From Squalus acanthias (lineage: Eukaryota), in contig CM059438.1 in assembly GCA_030390025.1 (NCBI GenBank), forward strand, positions 47,802,001 through 47,866,000: a stretch of DNA of 64,000 nt. Reading direction: 5' to 3'. The position numbers and the translations under genes are program-made. A model generated the notes under the pieces. The model saw nothing but the letters and a program-made list of their open reading frames with translations, ran no database searches and was not told the origin of the DNA. Position 1 is the stretch's first letter; each line of letters opens with the position of its first letter. Positions 13,669-25,130 of this stretch are shown in pieces.

Positions 13669-15268
13669 TAACTTACTATATAGTTCATTCAGCATTTAAC
13701 ATTTACAGGAATACATGCCGGTTTACCTCCCATTGATTTATCCCATAAACGCTGGCTAATATTATTTTTGTTTGACTTGACACTAATACAGTGGAAAATG
13801 AGTTGCATTTCTAACTGTTACCTAAACAGGTCAATTTCTACTCGGGAGCGCACATTGAAGGAGAACTGCACTTCCCAGTATAAATGAACATATACATGTC
13901 AGGCGAACACTCGGACGTCACTAATGCATGCTCCCAGGAAATAGGAATGACGAGGAGCTGGATCAATGTTTCATGACGCAAAGTTGGCACTCTGGCCCCA
14001 TATTAAGGAAATGGCGACCAGGGAATTGCTGAAACAAATTGCAGTATCCCACATCAAACGGCTGGGGGTGGGGGGTGTATTGGTGTGAATGAATGCCCGG
14101 GGTAATCTTATGATGGTCGCAGATGATCCAGGGAGAAACTGGACCTTTTAAAGGGGAGTAGGAGGAACAGAAGTGGTGGAGCACAGTGTGAAGATAAGCG
14201 GATCCGAGCCGAGCAAAGGACCAAATCATTCTTCTGCCTGCAGAACGATGGGGCTGCAAGGGGGCAGCAAAAGGTTGGGTTCCACATGAAGAGCAGCAGC
14301 ATAATGGGAGGTGCTACACCGCGATATTGCAAGACTGCGGCCTGCATCTGAGTTGAGCTCATTAGCTCCCAGTCTTCTGTAGGAATGGAAAGGACAAAAA
14401 TGAACAGGCAACGAGGGATAAATGTGGCCAACATCCCAAAAACGAATTAACAGAGTTTTTTTTGAAGAGATGGGGATGAGAAAGGGGACATGCTTCAGTC
14501 TTTTCACCTGAGCTATTGAGTTCTATATCTGATAGTCATGTTCTACTTCTGGCCATACCAGGCCAGTAGATGTTACAGAGAACAATGGGAGTGATTACAA
14601 AAACAAATCTCTTTGACAGGTTCTCATGAAGCGACAGCACACGAGAGCAAATCTTGGCTGGTTATTGTCACCTGTAGCTTGGGATGAGGTTACTGCCACT
14701 GGGATCGCTCTGACACATCCTTTATTGTACTTATTAACCTCGAAACTAGTGTTTGCCACATCAGCATGCGACATTCTTCCATATGTTGATTCAAAACGGG
14801 GCAAAGTAAACAGGCTAGCATTGAAACAGCGCGGAGGGGAATTTCATGCGAGCACATAACTTGTACGCTCGTGCTACAAGCAATCGTTTCCAGAGCTATT
14901 GAGTTGCTTGAGATCAGGAGGATTTTGTTTTGGCAAAGGGTGTTGTCAGTGAACATGCAGAATCTGCTGGAGTTCAAATATTCATGAAGTGGCCATCTGC
15001 CAAAAAAAATTCTATTTATTTTAATCAACTTTTTGGAAAAAAAATATTTGCGAACACACAGGGTTGATGATGGAATCGTGCTTTTGTGCCTGCAGGAGTT
15101 AACCCTTAAATAGGTCGTAAAGTATACCAGTAGTTATTGGTGACGATGATGCAATTTTGAGTGAACATGTAAGTGGTGACACTCCTAATTTGTTTCAGTG
15201 GCAGTGAATCAGCCTTTTAACGCTTCCAGGTTTAATTGAATTCCTGTTTTTGTGCGGATAGATTCAGT

Positions 15269-15749
15269 GGGGGTGAAATTGGTCTCTGACTTTAGCACAT
15301 AACGGGGCGATAGCGAATCTGCAGCGCTTTACACCCCCACCCCCACCCCGATAACAGGGCGATAGCGAATCTGCAGCGCTTTACACCCACTGTGCAACAG
15401 AAAATCAGGCGGGGTGTAAAGCGGGCGGTCGATTGGCTATCGCCCCGTTATCAGGCAGGGTGTAAAGTGGGCGGTCGATTGGCTATCGGGTGGGGTGTAA
15501 AGCGGGCGGTCGATTCGCTATCGGGCGGGGTGTAAAGCGGGCGGTCGATTGGCTATCGCCCCGTTATCGGGCGGGGTGTAAAGCGGGCGGTCGATTGGCT
15601 ATCGCCCCGTTATCGGGTGGGGTGTAAAGCGGGCGGTCGATTGGCTATCTCCCCGCTATCGGGCGGGGTGTAAAGCGGGTGGTCGATTGGCTATCGCCCC
15701 GTTATCAGGCGGGGTGTAAAGCGCTGCCGCCTTAAGACCAATTTCAGCC
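15269..15749. mobile_element. Palindromic MITE with internal 46/35-bp minisatellite expansion
   Basis: Terminal inverted repeats GGTGAAATTGGTCT / AGACCAATTTCAGCC. Two inverted units in the left arm; seven full plus one partial GGCGGGGTGTAAAGCGGGCGGTCGATTGGCTATCG(CCCCGTTATCG) units at 15408-15725. Confidence 0.85.
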
Positions 15750-16354
15750 TCTTGCTGACTTTGGCATTTTTGCCATAAGTGAAAAATAAATCACACAGGC
15801 GAGCATTAATTTTCCGATCGGCATCATTTTAATGCCAATCCAATTACCTTTATTACTTGCTGCCAGTGTTCAATTGATGGCAATCGGACAATCAAGGCTG
15901 ATGGATACTTTACAAGACATAATCTTTAGCGAAGTCTGATTTACGCAAAATATTAGGGAATTAGTGGTGCATTTATGAGGAGCTAGGTTTGGTCAAGGAA
16001 GCAAAACTGTTTCTTCTGGAAACATTACAAGCATCATACGTCTAATTAGCTGGTTTATCTGGTTCATTATAATGACACTTGATGATGTGATCAGCGACAG
16101 TTCCTGTAGGTGTGCTTTTCAGGAGCATTTACAGTGCAGACTCTGCTGGCTGCAGTTTGGGTTTCAGTAAAACCGTATCCAGATGTGCACCGTGCCTTCC
16201 AATGGCCAGAGAGCGGGGCAGGGGGAAATCTCTGGCCACTAAATATTTAAATTAATTTCAAAACGTTCCCAGGCGATCCAGCGGACTTTGCAAAGCGGGT
16301 TTGACTCCACCTTGAATTCACACACTGTGTGATTTCAAACTCAAATAATAAAGT

Positions 16355-16775
16355 GTCAGCTTTTGTTCAGTGGGTCGCACTCTCGCCTCTGAGTCAGAAG
16401 GCCGTGGGTTCAAGACTTGAGCACAAAATCTAGGCTGACACTCCAGTGCAGTGCTGCACTGCGAGAGGTGCGGTCATTCGGATGAGACGTTAAACCGAAG
16501 CCCCGTCTGCCCCCTCGGGTGGATGTAGAAGATCCCATCGCACTATTTCTAAGAAGATCAAAGGAGTTAGCCCCGGTGTCCTGGCCAATATTTAACCCTC
16601 AACAAATAACGCAGATGATCTGGTCATTTATCTCATTGCAGTTTGTGGGAGCTTACTGTGCACAAATAGGCTGCTGCATTTCCTACATTACAACAGTGAC
16701 TACACTTCAAGAGTACTTCATTGGCTGTAAAGCGCTTTGGGACGACCCGAGGTCGTGAAAGGCGCTGTTTCTCTT
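16355..16775 (+). mobile_element. SacSINE1-like DeuSINE (tRNA head, Deu domain, L2-type tail)
   Basis: A/B-box head, Deu core CGGATGAGACGTTAAACCGA...AGATCCCAT...GGTGTCCTGGCCAA, tail AAGCGCTTTGGGACG...GTGAAAGGCGCT. Confidence 0.88.
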
Positions 16776-17204
16776 TACAAGGCTCCCCGTGCCTGAGATT
16801 GTCACTGTGGCTCACCCCAGGATCAGGTTGGGTCCCGACTCCGCACTGGCACAGCAAGTTTAACGTCGACATGAAACGAAAACTGGCTTGACTGATGCCA
16901 AACTTGTAGTGTAAACGTCCCCTTAGCCAACATCATAATACCGTGGATCGCTGAAAATGAGGCAGTTCAGCTAACAGATGCAAGGTTTTCGAACTGGCAT
17001 CCTTACAATGTATTAGATTATGATTGAATTTTCCCAAAAATGGATTTCAAGCCCTGATGTTACTTCAATAACTATATTAAAGTTTTATATGGCAGCACGA
17101 GTTGGACACTGTTTCATCCGAAAAACCACCCACTCTGCTCTCTCCCAGCCAACCCAGTCCTTTGTCAGAACTGGTCATTGAACTACTGTCAAGACGGTGA
17201 CCAT

Positions 17205-17330
17205 TGGTCACCTGTCCTAAAATCTGCTTATGTGGCTCAGTGTCGATCTTTGTCTGTTCACGCTCCTGTGAAGCGCCTTGGGACCTTTTGCTACGTTAAA
17301 GGCGCTGTTTAAATACAAGTTGTTGTTGTA
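17205..17330 (+). mobile_element. L2-type LINE 3' tail
   Basis: GTGAAGCGCCTTGGGAC...CTACGTTAAAGGCGCT...AAGTTGTTGTTG. Confidence 0.75.
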
Positions 17331-18231
17331 ATGCTGTATTTAAAGATGGTGGATTGGAATGGTGGGAATCATTAAGCAGTAATAGAAATTAATTTGTGTT
17401 CCAGTTTCTCTCTCACATCGCCATGATCATAACGTTGCTATTTAATCTTCAAATAGTTCATTGTTACCAGTGGAGGAACTAAAAGATCCATTTTGCCAAT
17501 TCTTTTGTCCTCTGCATGTGGACTGACTGTATTGTACAAATGCAAAGATATGATACTCAGTCCATTTTACTCAACACGTTTTTATCCAAGGTTATCAAAA
17601 GTGCTCTACTCTCAAGGCAACGAATGGACAGTTACTGGACCATCACTGCCAAGCTCTGTTCATTGTATAGCCCCGGGTCATTTTAACCTTAATCAGCGCC
17701 CGCGGGAAACTGACTGGATGGGATTGGCCGCCCAGCGGATGGTAAAATGGGGCAGGGGGTAAAATGGCCGGCCGGTGCCATCCCCTCAGTTTCCCGCCTG
17801 AGCGGGTTTTGTTAAAATTCCCCGCTGTCGTGTAACTAACCCGCCCCCCCCCCCCCCCCCCCCCCCCCGGGTAAAGAACCTCCTGTCACAGTTGCATTTC
17901 ACTTGTTGCTGCCTGTCCACCAAACAGAGAAAAGACTGCAATACAAACCGGAGCAAGACTCTCCCTCTGCCAGGGAGTCTCACTCCGGTGTCCGTTCGGA
18001 CCCCGACTCCCGATCCAGGCTGCATTTACACTGTAGCCCCAGAGCAAAAGAGACAAAGAAGCAACTGCAGCCCTGTGTCGCTCCTCTAAAGTCATGATCC
18101 AGTTGAACTCGGTGGAAATAGTCCGGGTTGTAATTTGGACTCTGTTCTTGTGTCAAATCATTCTTCAAAAAAAAACCACACTGATTCCCGCGAGGCTGGA
18201 AATAATGCGATTTGACTTGAGCTTTTTACAT

Positions 18232-18570
18232 TTAGGAACATAAGGAGCAGTAGGAGGCCATTCAGCCCCTCTAGCCTGTTTCCCTCATTTCAGTTATGTC
18301 ATGGCTAATCTGTACCTCGCCTCCATTTACCCGCCTTCACTCCACAATACCCTCAATACCCTTACCTAACAAAAATCTTATCAATCTCAGCCGTGAAGGT
18401 TTTAATTGACCCCCCGGCCTCAACAGCTTTTTGGGGGGAAGAGAGTTCCAGATTTCCACCACCCTTTGTGTGAAGAAGTGCTTCCTGACGTCACCCCTGA
18501 ACGGCCGAGCTTTAATTTTAAGGTTGTGCCCCCTTGTTCTGGACTCCACCCCCCCCACCCCCACCAGAAG
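18232..18570 (-). mobile_element. CR1-type LINE 3' fragment
   Basis: ORF 18337..18564 SRTRGHNLKI...HFFTQRVVEIWNSLP. Confidence 0.85.
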
Positions 18571-19219
18571 CCACAGTCTTTGACCCAGCTGTGCTTATTT
18601 TAGAAGGAAGCATGTTAGATTCATCGGGATATATGTCGTAATTTGCGTCTAATTGTGCAAATTAATTTCTGAGCTCTTTGAATGCGGAGCCAATTCCACT
18701 AGCCTTCCGCAAGCATGCTGTGTGGGCCTAACTCATTTGGATGCTTTCTTGGTATTGTAAGAAAGTAGCAATTGTACGCTGGAAAAAAACCAGTGTTTAT
18801 TTAAGAAGCTGCCTTCAGAAGTACAAAGTACTGTATGCTTCGCGGCTATCCATTTAGAGAAAGGGATATATCGGCTTAATTCAGGGTGGGGTTGAAATTA
18901 AATCTAGGCTGTAGGATCAAAATGTTTGTCTTTGTCCTGGTAAATACCAAACGCATCCACCACGTGACTTTTCAGTTCAGCTGTATGGAGAACAAATAAC
19001 TGAACTAACTGCACTAGACGGCAGAATGGAATTGCACACGTTGCCCATCAAAAACCTCGCGAAAGCTGAAGGTGATGTTGGCTGATTTGAGGGGAAAATT
19101 GGCAAAACCATGATCAAATTTTCCAAGAAAAATCCAGTTTGTGCTGATGAACAGAACGAGACACTTCCTTATATTACTAGGCCCAGTTAATAGACAAGTC
19201 AAGTTACCAGTCTTTTACG

Positions 19220-19575
19220 AGCATACAAAATTGACGGGCAGAAAAAGACCATCCGGTCCATCAAGCCTGCCCCACACTCATGATGGCTGGAGCATCGCGA
19301 CTGACTGAACATCTCCTCCTTCCCTCCGCCTCTTCCCCCCCCCCCCCCCCCCCCCCCCCACTTCCCCGCGTAGCCATGTAATCTCCTGGGAGAGGCAAAA
19401 AAAGAGAAAAAACCAGGGCCAATTCAGGAAAAAATACTCTGGAAGATTCCTCTCCAAACCCCTCAGGCGATCGAAACCAGTCCAGGAGATCACATTGACC
19501 ATCTATAAAGACACTTGCCTTCTATATGATGCGATCTCTGCCCCGGACAAGAACCTGTCCAGCTCCCTCTTGAAA
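19220..19575 (-). mobile_element. CR1-like LINE 3' UTR fragment (different subfamily)
   Basis: AAAAAGACCATCCGGTCCATCAAGCCTGCC terminal motif; similar to the reverse of the 29235-29265 tail. Confidence 0.55.
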
Positions 19576-19599
19576 GCATAAATTACACCAGTGTACCAG

Positions 19600-19720
19600 C
19601 TCTTTCCCTGCTGTTTCCTACATTACAACAGTGACTACACTTCAAAAGTACTTCCTTGGCTGTGAAGCATTTTGGGACAATCTGAGGTCGTGTAAGACGC
19701 TATATAAATGCAAGTCAATT
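19600..19720 (+). mobile_element. SacSINE1-like 3' tail fragment
   Basis: TTTCCTACATTACAACAGTGACTACACTTCAAAAGTAC...GCTATATAAATGCAAGTC. Confidence 0.75.
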
Positions 19721-19817
19721 TTTTTGTTTAAGGCTGTAGTTTTTATTGTGCTCCTGGTCTGCGAGCACAGTTGCCAGCCAGCAACACCAGCGAGTTGTTG
19801 TGATCTTCAACGCACTA

Positions 19818-19942
19818 CCTGAAAAGGAGAAATTTGCAGGGTTATGGGGAAAGAACAGGGGAGTGGGACTAATTGGACAGCTCTTTCAGAGAGCAGGCAC
19901 GATGGGCTGAATGGCCTCCTTCTGTGCTGAATGATTCTATGT
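19818..19942 (+). mobile_element. CR1-type 3' tail
   Basis: TTTGCAGGGTTATGGGGAAAG...GGGCTGAATGGCCTCCTTCTGTG..ATTCTATG. Confidence 0.8.
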
Positions 19943-21479
19943 GACTTCATATTACCTGAAAGATTAAGTAGCAGATCAACTGATCTGTGGCAGCTCTCCA
20001 GCTATGTTCAACATTTCAATGTTTCCTCCACTAAACCGAGCTGGTGTGGCTTTAAAGAATATGACCGCTTTTATAAAATAATTTTTCAAAACATAAACTC
20101 AACAGATTCAATTTGAAGGGTTCAAAACCCCAATTGGTGCCCTTGAGGGAGGGGATCTGCCCACCTACCGTCCCCCTTACTCAGCCTGGCCTATATGTCA
20201 ATCTAGTCCACGCTACCTGCTTGACCCTTAATGCCCTCTGAAGTTAGAAGGCGGCTGCTCCCCACCAGCCTCAAGGCAGCTAAGGACCGGCAATTGCCAG
20301 TGTTGCCCACAACCCAAGAACAAATATCCATCATGCAAAGGTAGCTGTTCTTGTCGAATTCCATCCCACCCTTACCCAACAGCCACAGACTCTCGCAAAG
20401 CTTCAGCAGGCATCCCTAGGAATCAAGGAGGAGTGGGATTTGGTCAATTTTTCCGCTCTGTATCTGGGGGACTTTGAATTGCAGTGCTCCAATGTGTCGC
20501 AGCTGAGATGACCTAACTTAGCATAGACCAGGGCTATGACTTGTTGGTCTGTACAACTTCAAACCATAAGGTGTATTTACCCCCCCCCCCCCCCCCCCAA
20601 AACATGAGGTAGGGCGGTGTCCTAAATTGCACCTCACGGTCAAAATTAGAGCAGAATCCTTAAACCTTGTCCTGTTGGATTCTCCCAGGTTCAATCTATA
20701 GCCTCTTTTTCCTTCCAGGATGCTTTTGCAAGAAATCACAGTCCCTCGAATTAGTATTGTATTAATTATTGCTTAGTCAGTGTGCTTAAGGGATTTAGAA
20801 TATCCAGCAAGTTTGTGAATCTACTAAGTATGCAAGGTACTATTTAGCCCATTATATTTGGTAATATAGATAAATTGTTGCATGTATGTCATTAGCCTAG
20901 GTGTGGTATCTGTCAGCCTGAGTTAGTGCAGGATAATGAGTCCATTAGCCATTATTGTGCCATTTCCTGTTTAGGTTGCCACAGGCCAAATTAGCTCCCA
21001 ATATATAGCAAAGCACTTTTAAAATCCTGTTTCAAACACAAGTTTGTTATGCATTAATTATGTGTGTGTGTATTTTTTGCCCGAATATCCTTTCAAATAA
21101 ATATTTAAACAGACAACGAGTGAGCTTCCATCGTCCCAGAAGCTTCACGATGGGGCTTATTATTGTATTCATGTGTAAATTTTTTAACGCGTTGTGTTTC
21201 AGTGATTCATATTAATGAGCCTTCAAGCCTATTTCTTGCATCGCGTCCTAAATGGATTGTGATATTTCCCTTGCTACATTAGGAAGATAATGGGAACAAA
21301 TCTTTAATATTGCCGACGATACCCTGTTTCCTAGTGATTTGAACTGTATTCAATTTAAACAGGAATGCGGGGCTAAGGCAGCTGGCACATATTGTCCGTG
21401 GCAACAGGCCAGGTCCACGTTCCATTCCGTACAATTAATATTCTCCGCCAACACGTGTAACGCTCGTGTTTCTCCGCAG

Positions 21480-21731
21480 GCGCCGATGATGATGACGATG
21501 GCGATGACGTCGACGACACCAAAATTATCGTCCTCAGTTACCCGCAGTACTGCCGCTATCGCTCCATGCTGAAGAGGATTCAGAACCGGTCGTCCTCCTG
21601 GCTGGTCGACCAGTTTGTGATGGCGTTGGGTGGCATTGCGATACTAAACGAGAGTACCCGGATCCTTTACTGCCGCGACACTTTTGACCATCCAACTCTG
21701 ATTGAAAACGAGAGCGTCTGCGATGAGTTTG
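21480..21731 (+). CDS. ARID5B: ARID5B internal coding exon (equivalent to human exon 4), phase 1-1, 252 bp
   Basis: Acceptor tttctccgcAG|G at 21478-79 and donor G|GTAAGT at 21732. Reads (G)ADDDDDGDDVDDTKIIVLSYPQYCRYRSMLKRIQNRSSSWLVDQFVMALGGIAILNESTRILYCRDTFDHPTLIENESVCDEF, matching recalled ARID5B VIVLSYPQYCRYRSMLKRIQ...ILYCRDTFDHPTLIENESICDEF. Overlaps ORF 21566..21766. Confidence 0.97.
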
Positions 21732-22878
21732 GTAAGTACCTTCTCTCACGTTGTAAGATAACCTGAGCTCAGCAACGTGGTTGAAACAGAGGACATTGTA
21801 AAAGTTTGGAATTCTAACTGGCGGACTGCATTACTGTTTAAGCAGACTTTAAAGATAACCAAAATATGTTGCGATCCAAGGACTGTTCTAATTTTTACAT
21901 TACTAAACCGTGAAGGAATCTAAAAGAAACATAGTTTTCTTGTTTGGCACCCTACTAGATTGTCGTATCGAATTCTTCAGAAATTGAGTTTGGCTTGGTT
22001 GTAAAACAAGAGGTTGCTTGTATTGTCAGGCTGTGCTGTTTGGGAATTGGCCTGAAAACAGGAGCAAATAAAAATAATTTTCAGGAATTATGCATTGTTG
22101 GAATCAAACAGTTGATTGAAAAACAAAAGGTTGAATTCTTTTCTGGTACACAATGTTTCGTGAATGAACCTTGAACAAAATGTTGTCCGAGAGGCAGCAA
22201 ATGCCAGGCAGAGCGATTTCACTGAATGATTTCACTGAGGGTGTATTTATGTTGCAACTGTATCATCGGTACGATAAGTTATACTGTGAGTGCAGCCTGA
22301 ATCCAGGCCAACCTGACACTGCAATAAAGTGGAGTGCGACTCGTTTCAGAGTCCGTTCACACCCAGTTTACACTACACAAGCTTGGCATCAGTGCGAAAC
22401 CGAGTGCACTTCACACCGACACCAAACTTGTATTGTAAGTGCAGCGTAAAGGGTACAGAATTCACCAAGTGGCCAACAGTGACACTGCACTAAACCCAAT
22501 AGATCAGCAGCGAGTTGTCTTCTGCAACTCCTACTGGATGTTGTAGTTCTGATCATCTTACACACGGGGTGCAAAAAAGACGACTGCGGATATTTTGGAA
22601 AACTTGGAATATGCAAAACAGAAAAACGTACGTTCGATTGTTAAAAATGCATATTTAGGTCATCAACATTATTTCTTTAATTATTAACATTTATCTTTCT
22701 CTTTCGTGTGCAGAAATCAGTTTATAAAAACAGATTAGAAGTAAGTCCCTAAACCATTTTGGGATGCCAAAGGGACAGCCTGAGGTGATGAACGTTTCTA
22801 ACACCCAATGCTTATAGGGCTCAGAAACTTTAGACATGTACAACACGTTACAAAATTTTGCATAAAATTTTTTTTTTT

Positions 22879-23200
22879 TAACAACTACTTGCATTTATAT
22901 AGCGCCTTTAATGTAGTAAAATGTCCCAAGGAGCTTTACAGGAGCGTCATCAGATACAAATTGACACAGAGCCAAAGAAGGAAATATTAGGACAGATGAC
23001 CAAAAGCTTGGTCAAAGAGATAGGTTTTAAGGAGCATCTTAAAGGAGAAGAGAGAGGTGGAGAGGTGTAGGGAGGGAGATCCAGAGCTTAGGGCCTAGGC
23101 AGCTGAAGGCACGGCTGCCAATGGTGAGACGAAGGAAATGGGGGATGTACAAGAGGTCAGAGTTGGAGGAACGCGGATGTCTCGGAAGGTTGTGTTGGAT
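22879..23200 (-). mobile_element. L2-type LINE 3' end
   Basis: Reverse complement of the 6015 and 30555 family. Confidence 0.8.
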
Positions 23201-24519
23201 GGCGGTGAAGGGGGAAAAAAAGCTTAAATAAAGATTACCACTGTGAACTAGCTCTTGCTGCTTTACAAGCCGGACACCTGATGGAAAATAGCCAGAGTCT
23301 TGGACGGGCCTAAAAGATTCATTGTTCAAAGGAGAAGCGGTCTCATTGTTTAAAAAAAATACCTTGATTATGGCTGCACTGGTTAATCATTTTGCCTAAG
23401 AACCGGGAAAGTGGGATGAGCACGCATTCTGCTTTGGTCAGACGGAGGAAGCCGGTCAGATCCAATTTGGAGATTACAGCATTCTGCAGCTTTTATAGGA
23501 CCAAAGTAAACATGGTATCAGTCTTGAGAAGGGCTGGGTTGTTGATGTAGCGCAGGTATTTCTGCTGAAAAATCACATTCAGTTGGACTGTTGCCAGAAA
23601 TGAGTAAAACTGACAAAATGCAGTTGGCAGTATTGGCTGTGTTTCCTTTATTTGGAAATATTAACCTTGAACTTTCGAGCTCTGGAATTCTCTCTCTCCA
23701 GCTGCCATTAGGTTATCAAATTACTTTAATTAGTTTCTTTGCAGATTGTTATCAGTCACTGTAGCTATAAATTCAAACTGGCTTCTTTTCTACTTAGATT
23801 TTTTGTTCTACAGAGAACTGAATGGCAAGTTAAAAATGAAAAAAAATGCATTGACTAGCTGCCCATTCTGGGCAGACCGAGTGGAAAAATACACAATGGG
23901 CTGACTCATTTGTTCAGAAAATCTGTTTATGACCACACTATGCAAGGAACCATCAATAGGATTATTAACATCAATTATTATTGTACATGCTTCAAAGTAT
24001 GTCTAATTTTCAGTGAATAATAAATAGGTTCAATATGCTACACTAACTATTATATATTTATATATTTGTATATATTTTATTTACATAGATATTGTAAATG
24101 GAATTTTCCTATAGTCTGCTGGATTCCTTTCTAATGTAGTAATCACACAACATGATGAGTGCCATTTTGCATTACATTGACATTGTGAAAAACTCTCAAA
24201 TCCTGGCACCGTGACAAAAACACTTCAATGTTGTAATGTAAAATTGCATTCACAGTATACGTTATAGAAATAATAGATAAATACCAGGCACAAGTTGACG
24301 GCTGTAACCTAACCTCAGGCATGGTCAGTTATTTGTAAGCTGCCTGAGCTTCATTCTTGTAGCTTATAATGTCATATAACCCCCTTATTTAGTTTACAGC
24401 CTTAAGACTTGTTCCCAAGCATCCATTAATATCTATCTTTCTGCCTGTCTATCTATTTGTCTGTCCAATATCTACCTACATTTATCTTTTTTTGTACTAA
24501 AAAGGGTACGGCTTCACGC

Positions 24520-24585
24520 CCCACGCTCCAGGCCTCACACCAACATCACACGCCAGATATCACACTCGAGCATTACACGCCAGCC
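24520..24585. repeat. Degenerate ~13-bp tandem repeat (CATCACACGCCAG-like)
   Basis: cctcacaccaa/catcacacgccag/atatcacactcgag/cattacacgccag. Confidence 0.5.
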
Positions 24586-25116
24586 ATCTCTCTCTTTTTT
24601 ACAGGTACAAAATAATCTTTTTTAAAAAAAGCACGGAAAAAAGCCAGTTACTTAATGCTGAGTGCTTCTGACTGCAGTTAAATACAGAAGCACTTTACAA
24701 TTTGCAATGTTCCCTGACCAAACAGCAATGAAACTCCTGAGTGACTTGAGCTTAAGTTTACTTGAAAACATTTACACTTTTGTTGCCTTAAAAAGGGACA
24801 CAGCAGAATTAAAAATTGTGCATTGCATGATATGAAACCGTATATTCCCTGACTCACTGAGCAAATGCACATAAATTACTAAATAGTCTTCTAGTTTCGA
24901 TTTTAAATAGTGCTGATTATATTGTCACAGCGATGTCAGTGTAATTAACCCTTTAAGCGCCACAGCAGGATTTGTGGCTCAAAAATCAAAAATGTAACCA
25001 GACTCTCTCTCTAAGCAGAAATGTAATTAAAGTGATGAAGAATGAGTGACAGTTATACAATGAGAATGGACTAGATGAAGTCGTATAGAGTGGAAAAAGT
25101 ACGCTGCTTATTACAG

Positions 25117-25130
25117 GTTACCATGGCAAA
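25117..25130. promoter_or_regulatory. RFX X-box-like palindrome
   Basis: GTTACCATGGCAAA versus consensus GTTRCCATGGYAAC (one mismatch), in a repeat-free block. Confidence 0.35.

Noticed and set aside
13960-14450. Harbinger transposase remnant (ICDHHKITPG on the minus strand)
   Set aside because: Only a few residues resemble the motif; no other catalytic motifs or terminal repeats seen.
15408-15725. CRISPR-like repeat array
   Set aside because: Units are contiguous with no unique spacers, sit inside MITE inverted ends, and there are no cas genes; vertebrate intron.
1-21479. Upstream ARID5B exons 1-3
   Set aside because: No matching coding text found; this stretch appears to be the 3' part of the long intron 3.
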